A stretch of 64,000 nt of DNA from contig CAYSEI010000001.1 of NCBI GenBank assembly GCA_964430265.1, positions 318,987-382,986 of the forward strand, given 5' to 3'. Of the stretch, positions 19,993-29,961 are shown one piece after another (position 1 is the stretch's first letter; each line of letters opens with the position of its first letter). The position numbers and the translations under genes are program-made. The notes below the pieces were generated by a model. The model saw nothing but the letters and a program-made list of their open reading frames with translations, did not search any database and was not told the DNA's origin. Source of the DNA: an uncultured Pseudomonadales bacterium (GTDB lineage: Bacteria; Patescibacteriota; Microgenomatia; UBA1400; CAYXSR01).

Positions 19993-20075
19993 TTTTTCCT
20001 CTAGAAATTTTTATATTAATATAAAAAAATTATTATTAAAAACAGTTTAACAACTGCAGTTAAACTAAGCAAATT

Positions 20076-20483
20076 CTATTTTCTCCAGACAATAGCAGAA
20101 ATATTTTTTCCTGATTCAATTAAATTAATTGCTTTTCTTAATTCATATTGGCTGATTCCTTTATGATATGGTTCTTTTTCCGGAATTCTAGCAGTATAAT
20201 ACGATTTTAAAACAGGGAGTGCCCTTTTATCCCCCATCTGGCCTAAAGCCCAGATAGCATAATTTCTTTTAACAAAACCGTTTTTTTCCTCTTGAATTAC
20301 TTTTATTAAAGCTTGGACACAATCACCTTGGTATTTTTCCTTTGCATAATTACATTCTCTTTTTACACCTTTACCAATGTACATACTGGTAATTAGAAAG
20401 ATGGAAATAAAAAATGATATGCAAAGTCCTAGAAGTGAAATTATTAGCCATTTATGATGTTTTAACTCTTCTTTAAGCTTCAT
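20076..20483 (-). CDS. Membrane-anchored HEAT-repeat (PBS-lyase-like) protein
   Basis: N-terminal TM; RNYAIWALGQMGDKRALPVL HEAT motif; SD-like AAAGGTG before ATG 20483. Confidence 0.7.
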   Translation of the reverse strand: MKLKEELKHHKWLIISLLGLCISFFISIFLITSMYIGKGVKRECNYAKEKYQGDCVQALIKVIQEEKNGFVKRNYAIWALGQMGDKRALPVLKSYYTARIPEKEPYHKGISQYELRKAINLIESGKNISAIVWRK

Positions 20484-20603
20484 TAGCACCTTTAAATGGA
20501 TAATCTAATTATCATTATATTTCTTAAAAAGTTTGAAGTAAATACCTAATGAAACAAAAGCTTTTTTACGCTTCATATACGCTATTAAAAATAAAAGTTA
20601 AAA

Positions 20604-21524
20604 TTAAAATTCCACCGGCCAAAAAAAGCTGTTTGCGTTTTGCGGCATACCTGAAGGATTGGATTTATCTACTTTAACAAACCCATAATTCTCTTCCGGT
20701 AAGCTAAATTCCATTTCTGTATCAAATGTTACAAGATTTTCTGTCATCCAGTCTTCCTGTGTAGCAGCTGTAGTACTAACAAGATTTTCACCATTTAAAG
20801 TAACTAATGACAAAGAAATTTGTGCTTCAAAAAACCAATTTCCCTTAGCAGCAGCATTTATGTTTAAAGGTGAACTCACTGTTTCTGATAGTTCAGGCGA
20901 TACAAAATCAACCGGTTCGGATCGGTCAAGATCAATATAATTTAGAAATTCGTCATAAACTTCAAGCAGCTCACTGTCAGGTGGGTAAGCGGAAAGCAAA
21001 TATTTGCCTTGATCCATTTCAATCAAAGTTGAAACACTTCCTCCCATAGCACCTGATGTAACATATTGTGTAGCATTAAACCCGTCAACAACTAATTCAG
21101 TTTCAGATTCTATATTGTCAAAAGTAATCTCCCTTTCGTCTTCTTCAGGAAAATACACAACCGCAATTTTTAATTTCTCCATAGGAATTCCACCAGTATC
21201 GGGTGTATCCTCTGGATCAAAACTGTAAACTGCTGATTCTCCGTTTCTGCTTGTTGCAGGCCTTAATGTCCAATCTTCAGGATAAGCAAACTGGTAATTA
21301 AATGCTCCATCAAAAGCACGTGTCCATCCATCCGGAAGCTCTTGCATATCTTTATCGGGTAAAATTGACTCCTTTGGACTAGGTTTGGCAGTAGGACTGA
21401 CAACTGGAGCGGCAATTTCAGAACCATTTTGGTTTTGCCGGTCAAAATATATAAATGCACCTATTAAACCTGCAACAAAAACAATCCCGATTATAAACCA
21501 AATAATACCTTGTCCTTTTTTCAT
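20604..21524 (-). CDS. Membrane-anchored protein with PsbP-like domain and C-terminal Gmad2 Ig-like domain
   Basis: TM, Pro-rich linker, YQFAYPEDW (PsbP-like), G.WFFEA, DWMTENLV.F, NPSG.P (Gmad2-like). Confidence 0.65.
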   Translation of the reverse strand: MKKGQGIIWFIIGIVFVAGLIGAFIYFDRQNQNGSEIAAPVVSPTAKPSPKESILPDKDMQELPDGWTRAFDGAFNYQFAYPEDWTLRPATSRNGESAVYSFDPEDTPDTGGIPMEKLKIAVVYFPEEDEREITFDNIESETELVVDGFNATQYVTSGAMGGSVSTLIEMDQGKYLLSAYPPDSELLEVYDEFLNYIDLDRSEPVDFVSPELSETVSSPLNINAAAKGNWFFEAQISLSLVTLNGENLVSTTAATQEDWMTENLVTFDTEMEFSLPEENYGFVKVDKSNPSGMPQNANSFFWPVEF

Positions 21525-21647
21525 ATATCTCCTTTAATCTTTATTATTTTTAACTATATATTATTAATTTTTTTAACTATATATCAATAATATAACTATA
21601 ATAATTAAATAACTTGTTATATTTATGTAAGAATTAAGTAAAAACAC

Positions 21648-22412
21648 TTATACTTTTTTTAAAAGCAAATAGTTGCTATTATTTGCTTTTTTCATTTTTA
21701 CAATCTCACTACTTTTCTTAAAATAACCTAATAGCTTAAATTTATTTGTCTTATTAACAATTTCCATAAATTCTTGGGGGAAAATCAACTTTCTTCTGCT
21801 TTTTTCAACAAATTCTTTTTTCTTGTTGCCGTCAGTGATTTTTATTTCCAGTGTTTCCAAAAGTTCTTGCTTAACTAAATCCAAAATCTCCAGTTTAAAA
21901 GTTGTTTTCACTTTAATGTTGTTTTTTTCTATTGTCCAAATTTGCGGTTTTAAAATAGTTTTTGGTCGCCAATCAAGTGTAGCATTCTCGATAATATACA
22001 GGCCTCCTTTTTTAAGTGCATTTCCGACACAAGTCAAATGTTTATACAAATCCTGATTGCTTTTAAAATCTCCGATTGTACCCATCATAATTAATGCCAG
22101 ATCAACTTTCTTTTTAAAATTAAAATCTGTCATATCAGCACACAAAGTCTTAATCTCTAAGTTTTCATGTTTTGCTTTTTTAGTTAAATATTCAAGCATT
22201 GGTTTACAGATATCCATGCCAATTCCTTGATATCCGCGGTGTACAAACTCCCTTAATTGAAGGCTTGGGCCGCAGCCGATATCCAAAACCCTTTTGACTT
22301 TAACTTCCGAATGCTTGTTTAAAAACTTTTCTAGCAAATCAATTTGTTTTTTAATATCAACAAAACTAAAAGCAATTTCATAATATTTAGGATGAGCATA
22401 TATTTTATTCAT
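21648..22412 (-). CDS. Class I SAM-dependent methyltransferase
   Basis: VLDIGCGP, ADMTDF, LKKGGLYI; ATG 22412 overlaps the femX stop. Confidence 0.88.
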   Translation of the reverse strand: MNKIYAHPKYYEIAFSFVDIKKQIDLLEKFLNKHSEVKVKRVLDIGCGPSLQLREFVHRGYQGIGMDICKPMLEYLTKKAKHENLEIKTLCADMTDFNFKKKVDLALIMMGTIGDFKSNQDLYKHLTCVGNALKKGGLYIIENATLDWRPKTILKPQIWTIEKNNIKVKTTFKLEILDLVKQELLETLEIKITDGNKKKEFVEKSRRKLIFPQEFMEIVNKTNKFKLLGYFKKSSEIVKMKKANNSNYLLLKKV

Positions 22413-23428
22413 AGTCCCCTTTTCCACTTTCTAAATGATTCAAAAGCATAAGTTGGCCAGTATAAAAAATTAATTGGTAAGTCCTGAGCATGAAGATAAT
22501 CAACTCTTTTACCACCAAAACCTTTTTTAAAAAAGGTAACGCCGGAAAAACGGTGGTTTTTTTCTCTGTCTTTAGGTGCTATTCCCCAGAAATTAAAAAA
22601 ATTAAAATCACGTTCTTTTGCTTCCAATATCGCTTCCCAAAGGATTCTTTGTGCACTAGGTACACTACGCATAATATTGGCAGTTGCTGAATAATGATAT
22701 ACAGCTTCCTGGTTATAAAAGATAAACATTGAGATAGCCAAAAGCTTATCTTTATAAATTGCCTTATACAATTTGGCTTGATTATCTTTAACAAAAACCT
22801 TAAATTGCTCTTTCATAAAACTACAGGGGAAAGGTACAAAATCTTGGCGTTTGGCAGTTTTAAGCTGCAGTTTGTATAGCAGGTCAATATCATTAGGGTC
22901 AATACTTTTAACAATTTTGACTCCGTCCCTTTTAGCTTTACGAATTTCATAACGCCGGCTCTTGCGCATATTATTCAAAAGTACTTTTGCTTTCCTGTCC
23001 AGCTTTAGTTGCCACGTATTTTCAGCATGCAAGTGCATAGGTGCGGAAATAAAACCATTATTTTTAAATAACTTTTTATTTGCTTTACTTTCGATTAGCT
23101 GTGGTCTTACGCGGACAAAATTTACTCGTTCTTTTTTACCCAATTTTTTAATTTCATTAACAAAATGTTCAAAATTATTTTTAAAATTTGTTTTAAAAAG
23201 CGGTCCGGCAGGGCATTGTAAGTAATTGCCTCTCTTAGCCTCTTCTTTAATCAATAAGGAGACACCATCTAATTTATTGTCTTTATAATAGCCGATTCTA
23301 AAGATCTTATTATCAATTTTTTTGTGAAATTCTCCCCAGTTCCAGGACTGCAAAAAACTGCCCTGTGGATGATTAAGGATAAAGTCTTCCCATTTTTGTT
23401 TGGAGTTTACTTTTTTTGCTGCCAGCAT
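22409..23428 (-). CDS. FemABX-family aminoacyl-tRNA:lipid II peptidyltransferase
   Basis: FLQSWNWGEF, RYEIRKA, AVYHYSA, FNFWGI, GVTFFKKGFGG. Confidence 0.9.
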   Translation of the reverse strand: MLAAKKVNSKQKWEDFILNHPQGSFLQSWNWGEFHKKIDNKIFRIGYYKDNKLDGVSLLIKEEAKRGNYLQCPAGPLFKTNFKNNFEHFVNEIKKLGKKERVNFVRVRPQLIESKANKKLFKNNGFISAPMHLHAENTWQLKLDRKAKVLLNNMRKSRRYEIRKAKRDGVKIVKSIDPNDIDLLYKLQLKTAKRQDFVPFPCSFMKEQFKVFVKDNQAKLYKAIYKDKLLAISMFIFYNQEAVYHYSATANIMRSVPSAQRILWEAILEAKERDFNFFNFWGIAPKDREKNHRFSGVTFFKKGFGGKRVDYLHAQDLPINFLYWPTYAFESFRKWKRGL

Positions 23429-24648
23429 TTAATTAAATATATTATCTCACTAATTTGTATATTTTTTAATCCCGGATATGTTGGCAGATTAACAATTTCT
23501 CTGCTTGCTTTTTCGGCTCTTGGGCAAGTGCCTTTTTTATAACCAACCTTGTTTAAATTCACATTTTGAGGTGCAATTACCGGTCGATACCAGTTTCCCA
23601 ATAAGATCCCCTTATTTTTTGCTAAATCAATTAGTTCTTCTGGAGAACTGGTTAGATAAGGAAATCGTAAAAGCGTATTATTACTCTTATAAATTCCATT
23701 TTGAAGTTGATTTAAATAACTTTTTACTATTTTTCTTCTTTTTTTGTTCATTTCATCAATTTTATTAAACTGTTTTATTACCAGACTTGCCATTGCATTT
23801 GGAAGCTTTTTTGGAAACATATCAGGTTTCTTTCCAACTTTTTCACATTGACAAACAGGAAAAGAAAGCAGTTTTAATTTTTGTAAAATAAAAAGAATTA
23901 ACTTGCCGAAAGTAAATTTACTTTTAAAAGGTAAATTATAAAGAGGTTTAATTAAGTAAAAAGCTACAGGATGTAAAAGCTGCTGAAATATCCAAAAATC
24001 ATTAGGATAAGCTAATTCTTGCTGATATTTTCTAATTTTTGTTCCGATTTTTTTAATATTTGTGATCGCCATTCCGCCAAAAACTGAGGAGACAACTTTA
24101 TCCCGGCCAAAAGAAAGCATAGCAGCATCGCCAAATGAACCCAATAGTCTTCCCTTATATTTCTGTCCTAAACAATGAGCACAATCCTCTACTAAAAACA
24201 ATTTCTTCTTATCACAGATTTTTCTAATTTCATCAATTGCAGCCGGCTGACCAAAAGTATGCTGGACAATAACAGCTTTTGTTTTAGAAGTTATCTTTTT
24301 TTTAATTTGTTTAGGACTGATATTAAAGCTATTTTTACTAATGTCTGCATAAACAGGGTTTGCTCCTGTCCAAATAACAGCGTTAGGAACTGCAACACAT
24401 GTAAACGGTTGAATAATAACTTCATCACCAGAATTAATTCCCAAAGCTTTTAAAATAACAAAAAGTGCGCTTCTTCCGCTGTTAAAAGATATTGCATATC
24501 CAAATGTAAAGAAATTCTTGATTTTGTTCTCCAGCTTTTGAATACTCTCCCCTTTTTTCCATAAGCTGGGTTTAAAGATCCTTTTGCAAGCCAGACTTAC
24601 ATCTTCTTTACTTGTATTTGGGGATAAAGAAATTAGAATATTATTCAT
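23407..24648 (-). CDS. DegT/DnrJ/EryC1/StrS-family PLP aminotransferase
   Basis: FNSGRSAL, GDEVI, QHTFG, EDCAH, SFGRDK (PLP lysine), NLPT. Confidence 0.88.
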   Translation of the reverse strand: MNNILISLSPNTSKEDVSLACKRIFKPSLWKKGESIQKLENKIKNFFTFGYAISFNSGRSALFVILKALGINSGDEVIIQPFTCVAVPNAVIWTGANPVYADISKNSFNISPKQIKKKITSKTKAVIVQHTFGQPAAIDEIRKICDKKKLFLVEDCAHCLGQKYKGRLLGSFGDAAMLSFGRDKVVSSVFGGMAITNIKKIGTKIRKYQQELAYPNDFWIFQQLLHPVAFYLIKPLYNLPFKSKFTFGKLILFILQKLKLLSFPVCQCEKVGKKPDMFPKKLPNAMASLVIKQFNKIDEMNKKRRKIVKSYLNQLQNGIYKSNNTLLRFPYLTSSPEELIDLAKNKGILLGNWYRPVIAPQNVNLNKVGYKKGTCPRAEKASREIVNLPTYPGLKNIQISEIIYLIKCWQQKK

Positions 24649-26098
24649 TTTTTAAGAGAAATTCTTTAACGCTTTTGTATATCCTGCCTTCAAGAAGGAT
24701 AACAGTATTTGGATTACAATATTTCTTTATCCTATGAATAATCTTTTGGGGATTTGTTATCACTTCTGCTTCAATATATTGTGCAAAATTCTTTTTAGTC
24801 AGAATTACTTTGTCCGCACTACTATTTAATTTCTTATTTATTAATTTATGAGTTTTTTCACTGCTTTTACCCAGCTCAATAATACCCGGCGTCAAGACTA
24901 TTTTTTTATCTTCCGGTCTCTTATTCAAGATTTTCAAGGCTGATAAAAATCCGTCAGGATTGCTGTTGTATGAATCGTCAATTAACTTAACTCCCTGCCT
25001 GCCTTTTTTAATTTGCAGCATATAAGGAGTGTATGGTATTGACTGTAGACTTTTGTTGATTACTTTTTCTTTTATATTCATTTTCCTTGCTAGTTTAAAA
25101 GCAGCATCAATATTAATCTGCTGAAATTCTCCAGCCAAATTAGTTTTATAATTTTTTATAATAGTTTTTCCGTAAGCTACTTTTTCAATATCTTCAATTT
25201 TTTTCATTAACTGTTTGACATAATTATTACTGACATTAAAAAAAGCTAAGCCATTTTTATCAAGTGAATCAATTAGTTCAGATTTAGCTTTTTGAGTATT
25301 TTCTAAACTACCAAAAAGTGACAAGTGCTGTTTATTTATACCGGTGAGAATACCAATATCAGGTTTAAGCCAAGCACAAATACTTTTAATTTCTCCTTTT
25401 TTATAAGCACCGATTTCTGCTACAAAAACTTGATGCTTACTATTTAAATTCGCAAGAATTGTTTTAGATATTCCCAAATTAGTATTCCAATTATGCGGTG
25501 TTTTAAGCACCTGATATTTACTTGACAGGACGTGGGAAACAATTTCTTTAGTAGAAGTTTTTCCGTAGCTACCGGTTATTCCAATTATTTTCAGATTTGA
25601 TCTGTATTTATCTAGTTTGTTTTTAGCTAACATTACAACCAGACATTTAAAAGGTGCAGTTATAAGATTAAATAAAAAAATTAAAAGCGAAACAATTAAG
25701 AAGTTTAATAAATTTAAACAAAGTAAGCTAATCAAAATCATAGCATAAACATCTACATAGTGGGAAATAAAAGAAAATATTTGTTCAAGTATAAAAAAGA
25801 ATAAATGGTAATTTATCACAAGCAAAGCACCCAAAGAAAGTAATATTCTTAAAGTAATTTTGGGATACTTAAAATTATTAAAATAAAAAAAATTAAGCTG
25901 GGATAGAAAAAACCACTTGTTTTGCGGAATCTCAAAATGACTTTTTAAACGGTCAAAACGATATTCCTTGATCTGCCATAAATAAAAATTGTAAAGAGTG
26001 TTGGTAATTAATTTAAAGCTGTTTAGTCCGATAAAAAGGAATATTATTAATTTTCCGAGTTCAATATTTATAAAATAATTATTTACAAAATAATTCAT
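24641..26098 (-). CDS. murF: MurF-family ligase with hydrophobic N-terminal extension
   Basis: GITGSYGKTSTKE, NTNLG, EIGA, DDSYNSNPDG, IIELG; the first ~150 aa contain several TM-like segments. Confidence 0.82.
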   Translation of the reverse strand: MNYFVNNYFINIELGKLIIFLFIGLNSFKLITNTLYNFYLWQIKEYRFDRLKSHFEIPQNKWFFLSQLNFFYFNNFKYPKITLRILLSLGALLVINYHLFFFILEQIFSFISHYVDVYAMILISLLCLNLLNFLIVSLLIFLFNLITAPFKCLVVMLAKNKLDKYRSNLKIIGITGSYGKTSTKEIVSHVLSSKYQVLKTPHNWNTNLGISKTILANLNSKHQVFVAEIGAYKKGEIKSICAWLKPDIGILTGINKQHLSLFGSLENTQKAKSELIDSLDKNGLAFFNVSNNYVKQLMKKIEDIEKVAYGKTIIKNYKTNLAGEFQQINIDAAFKLARKMNIKEKVINKSLQSIPYTPYMLQIKKGRQGVKLIDDSYNSNPDGFLSALKILNKRPEDKKIVLTPGIIELGKSSEKTHKLINKKLNSSADKVILTKKNFAQYIEAEVITNPQKIIHRIKKYCNPNTVILLEGRIYKSVKEFLLKNE

Positions 26099-26802
26099 TT
26101 TTTATTTATAAAACTTAAAATATCTTTTTTTATTAAATGAGGATTTTTAACTGGCAATCCGTGTCCCTGTCCGGAAAAAACTTTCAAAACGGAATTGCTT
26201 ATTTTGTCAGCAAATATCCTTCCGTATCTCAAAGGGGTTAACTTATCTTCTCTGCCCCAGATTAGTAAAACCGGAATTTCAATTTTTTCTGCGTCATTTC
26301 TTAGATCAAAATTAATAATAAGCTGCATAGTTTTTTTCATAACTTCAGAAGCCTGGTAATAATCTTTTTCACGCGCCAGTTTATACAACAGCCAGCGAGC
26401 GCTTTTTTTTAAACTAACAAGTAAAGGCAAGCTAAATAAATATCCGCCAATTTTTGCTAGATATTGGAAAATAACTTTTTTCAAACTATTTTCAACAATA
26501 CCCGCACTGTTAACAAGAATTAATTTTTTAACTTTATCCGGGTAAAGAGAACAAAAACTTACAGCAATTCTTCCGCCAAAAGAATGTCCCAGAAGTATAA
26601 CATTATCAATTTTTTGATGTTCAATATAATTGTTTAACCATAAACAATAATCATCCAAAGTCCAAGGTCTTTTTAACTCTTTTTTAAATCCGGGTAGTTG
26701 GGGAATATAAATATTTAAATTATTCTTGTCAAATACTTGTTTAAACTTATCCCAATTTTTAGGTTTGCTTGCCCAGCCGTGTAATACAATTAAATTATTC
26801 AT
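26095..26802 (-). CDS. Alpha/beta hydrolase
   Basis: LHGW, GHSFGG nucleophile elbow, WGRED, GH catalytic His. Confidence 0.9.
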   Translation of the reverse strand: MNNLIVLHGWASKPKNWDKFKQVFDKNNLNIYIPQLPGFKKELKRPWTLDDYCLWLNNYIEHQKIDNVILLGHSFGGRIAVSFCSLYPDKVKKLILVNSAGIVENSLKKVIFQYLAKIGGYLFSLPLLVSLKKSARWLLYKLAREKDYYQASEVMKKTMQLIINFDLRNDAEKIEIPVLLIWGREDKLTPLRYGRIFADKISNSVLKVFSGQGHGLPVKNPHLIKKDILSFINKK

Positions 26803-27785
26803 TCTTTAATTATTCCAACAATTTTATCTGCCAATTTATTACTGTCGTGTCTTAAAAAGCTGCGCTGTAAACTGTCCCCTTTTTTTTTCTTGACAATTTC
26901 ATTTTTCAAAAATGCGCCTCTTATTACCATGAAATCATGATTATCCAAATCATCTTTTACCGGAACACTCTGTTGTTTTTTGTATTTTTCCAAAAAATCT
27001 ACGGGTATTTTTTTCGTGTTAATAAAAATATAATCAGGATATTTATCTAAATATTTTTTAATTTCTTCAACATGTTTTTTTGCTGTAAATCCAGGAGTCT
27101 GGCTGTACCGCGTCATTAAATTAACAATATATACAATCTCTGCCCTGCTATTATTAATGGTTTTTTTTGCCCCATTAATTACCAAATTAGGTAGAATACT
27201 GGTATACAAATCTCCTGGTCCCAAAACAATCAAATCCGCGTTTTCAATTGCTTTTTTAGTTTTTAAATATATCTCTGCTTTTGGTTTAGTTGTCAGATTG
27301 ATAATCTCTTTTCCGCCGCCGAACTTAGGTTCATCAATTTTATGTTCACCTATTAACCTGGTTCCGTCATTATATTCAGCCACTAGATCAATATTTTTTA
27401 AGCTAATTGGTAAAACTTTACCTTGCAGCTGAAAAATCCGGGAAGCAATTGCAATTGCTTTTTGTTCTGAACCGGTCATATCCTGCAATGCAGTTAAAAT
27501 TAAATTGCCAAGATTGTGTCCTTTAAGTCCTTTTCCCTTGCTAAACCTGTATAAAAGCAGTTTTCTTACATACTCCTCTTCACCCTCGTCAGCTAGAGCT
27601 GCAATGCATTGGCGGATATCACCTACAGGTAAAAAACCAAATTCGGAACGCAGTCTTCCGGTTGAACCACCGCTGTCAGCAACAGTAACTACTGCAGTAA
27701 TATTTAGTTTATGCTTTTTTAGACCTTGTAAAAGTACATAGCTGCCTGTTCCGCCACCAATAGTAACAATATTTTTCTTTTTCAT
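26799..27785 (-). CDS. yvcK: YvcK/GlmR (CofD-like) UDP-GlcNAc-binding protein
   Basis: IGGGTG, DSGGSTGRLR, GDIR, GHNLGNL, GPGDLYTS, RHD. Confidence 0.9.
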   Translation of the reverse strand: MKKKNIVTIGGGTGSYVLLQGLKKHKLNITAVVTVADSGGSTGRLRSEFGFLPVGDIRQCIAALADEGEEEYVRKLLLYRFSKGKGLKGHNLGNLILTALQDMTGSEQKAIAIASRIFQLQGKVLPISLKNIDLVAEYNDGTRLIGEHKIDEPKFGGGKEIINLTTKPKAEIYLKTKKAIENADLIVLGPGDLYTSILPNLVINGAKKTINNSRAEIVYIVNLMTRYSQTPGFTAKKHVEEIKKYLDKYPDYIFINTKKIPVDFLEKYKKQQSVPVKDDLDNHDFMVIRGAFLKNEIVKKKKGDSLQRSFLRHDSNKLADKIVGIIKE

Positions 27786-29101
27786 ACCCGTTTAATATTT
27801 GCTCCCAATCTTAATAATCTACGATCAAGATTTTCATAACCCCTATCTATTTGAGCAATATTGGTAAGAATTGTTTCACCTTCCGCCATCATTGCCGCTA
27901 AAGTCAATGTTGCACCTGCGCGTAAATTAGCAACCCGTGTCTTAATCCCTTTTAATTGCCGCGGTCCAATAATGCGTATACCATGCTTAAATTCTTTTTT
28001 ATCGTCTTCTAAATCAAAATTATAAAAAGATTTTGGGTTTTTAACATCCGGATTATAAAAATCAATTTTTGCACCCATTTTTATCAGCTGTTCTGCATAG
28101 CCAAAACGTGAAGGAAATATAGCTTCAACAATTTCTGATGTTCCTTTTGCTTGGGTCATTAAAGTTCCCCATAAAGGCTGCCAGTCGGTCATAAAACCGG
28201 GATGAGGCTGAGTAACAATATCAGTTGCCTTTAACTGTTTATCAGCATAAAAACGTATTCCGTAGTCACCGATTTCATAATTTCCTCCGGCTTGTTCAAC
28301 CTTTGTTAAAAAAGCCTGTAAATGTTTTGGTATGGCATTTTCCACAATCACGTCACCTTGTGTTCCTAAAGCAGCACATGCATAGGTGACAGCTTCATTT
28401 CTATCAGGAACAACAGAATGAATGGTTGGATGCAAGTTGTCAAGCGCTAACCCTTGTATAGTAATAGTTCTATTTTGCCTATTAATTTTTGCTCCCATCT
28501 TGTTTAAAAACTCGATTAAATCATCCACTTCTGGCTCTTCAGCTGTATTTTTCAAAGTTGTTTTACCTTTTGCACAAACAGCTGCCATAACCAATGTTTC
28601 TGTTCCTGTATGTGTGTTTTTAGGAAAACAATATTCTGTCCCTATCAGCTTGTCTGTTTGAAGAATATAAGCACCGTTTGCAAAATTTACTTCAACGTTC
28701 ATCTGTTTTAAACCATTAAAATGTCTTTGCAAAGGCCGCGAACCAAGTTTATCACCACCCGGGATTGGAAGAACAGCTTTGCCAAATCTGGCTAAGAGCG
28801 GTCCAGCAAACATAGTAGTTGCCCGGGTTTTATCGCTTAGTTCAACAGGCAATTCAAATTTATTTAATTCAGTAGCATTAATAAATAAGGTTCTTTCCCC
28901 GTGCGACCTTACCTTCCCACCTAACGCTTGAATAATATTTCTGGTAATAGCAACTGAACCGATCCGGGAAAAATTTAATAACCGATTTTCACCTTTACAC
29001 AAAAGAGAAGCAATCATTAATTTAAATGAAGCGTTTTTTGCGCCTCCCAAACGAACAACACCTTTTAAAGACGACTTACCTTTAATTACAAACTTTGACA
29101 T
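27782..29101 (-). CDS. murA: UDP-GlcNAc 1-carboxyvinyltransferase (Cys-to-Asp variant)
   Basis: GAKNA, PGGDKLGSRP, EPEV, PGFMTD, LRAGA, IDRGYE. Confidence 0.95.
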   Translation of the reverse strand: MSKFVIKGKSSLKGVVRLGGAKNASFKLMIASLLCKGENRLLNFSRIGSVAITRNIIQALGGKVRSHGERTLFINATELNKFELPVELSDKTRATTMFAGPLLARFGKAVLPIPGGDKLGSRPLQRHFNGLKQMNVEVNFANGAYILQTDKLIGTEYCFPKNTHTGTETLVMAAVCAKGKTTLKNTAEEPEVDDLIEFLNKMGAKINRQNRTITIQGLALDNLHPTIHSVVPDRNEAVTYACAALGTQGDVIVENAIPKHLQAFLTKVEQAGGNYEIGDYGIRFYADKQLKATDIVTQPHPGFMTDWQPLWGTLMTQAKGTSEIVEAIFPSRFGYAEQLIKMGAKIDFYNPDVKNPKSFYNFDLEDDKKEFKHGIRIIGPRQLKGIKTRVANLRAGATLTLAAMMAEGETILTNIAQIDRGYENLDRRLLRLGANIKRV

Positions 29102-29961
29102 CAAAACCTCCCTACTATTTTAATTTCTTTTTCTAATTCAAGAGAAAACTTATTTTTAACTGCTTTTTTTATTAAATTAATCAACTCAATCACGTCTGCG
29201 GCTTTACCTTCACCATTGTTAATTATAAAGTTGGCATGTTCTTCACTCACTTTCACATCTCCGATCTGCTTGCCTTTTAAACCCGTTTTTTCAATTAAGC
29301 GTCCGGCATAATCTCCCTGGGGATTTTTAAAAATACTACCGGCACTTAAACCTGGGGGTTGTTTTTTTCTTGTATGCAAATGTTTTTTAATATTTTTTTG
29401 AATTAGTTTTGGGTCTTTTTTGCTTAGTTTAAATTCTGCTTTTAAAATAATTTCCTTTGTTTTACTAAACCTACTCCTGCGGTAGCCAAATTCGCAGTCT
29501 TTTTTATTCAACCAATAACTTTCTTTATTCTGATCATAAATTTTTACGCGCTTTAAAACATCTTTTATCTCCCTATCTTTAACACCGCAGTTCATAACTA
29601 CTCCACCTCCAACGCTTCCGGGGATGCCGATAGTAAACTCAAGTCCTGACAATGAATTTTGCTTGCAGATTTGTACTAATTCTCCCCAACGGAGTCCGGA
29701 ATCAGCAACAACCAGACGATTATCTATTTGATAATCTTTATTATTCAGTTTGATAACCAATCCTTTCATGCCGTGATCACTAACTAAAAGGTTAGAGCCA
29801 GAGCCAAGGATAAAATAGGGCAGTTCTTTGTGGTCTGCCCAGTTTAAAGCTTCAATAAGTTCTTTTTCATTCTGGACTACACAAAAATAGTCGGCCGGAC
29901 CACCGATTCCAAAAGTAGTAAATTTATTTAGTCTTATATGTTTTTGTATTTTAATACTCAT
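29101..29961 (-). CDS. murB: UDP-N-acetylenolpyruvoylglucosamine reductase
   Basis: TFGIGGPA, GSGSN, GIPGSVGG, SAGSIFKNP, HANF. Confidence 0.96.
   Translation of the reverse strand: MSIKIQKHIRLNKFTTFGIGGPADYFCVVQNEKELIEALNWADHKELPYFILGSGSNLLVSDHGMKGLVIKLNNKDYQIDNRLVVADSGLRWGELVQICKQNSLSGLEFTIGIPGSVGGGVVMNCGVKDREIKDVLKRVKIYDQNKESYWLNKKDCEFGYRRSRFSKTKEIILKAEFKLSKKDPKLIQKNIKKHLHTRKKQPPGLSAGSIFKNPQGDYAGRLIEKTGLKGKQIGDVKVSEEHANFIINNGEGKAADVIELINLIKKAVKNKFSLELEKEIKIVGRF

Noticed and set aside
21547-21615. Short repeats (here and at 31391-31450) as a mini-CRISPR
   Set aside because: Repeats and spacers are too short and irregular, and no cas genes are present.
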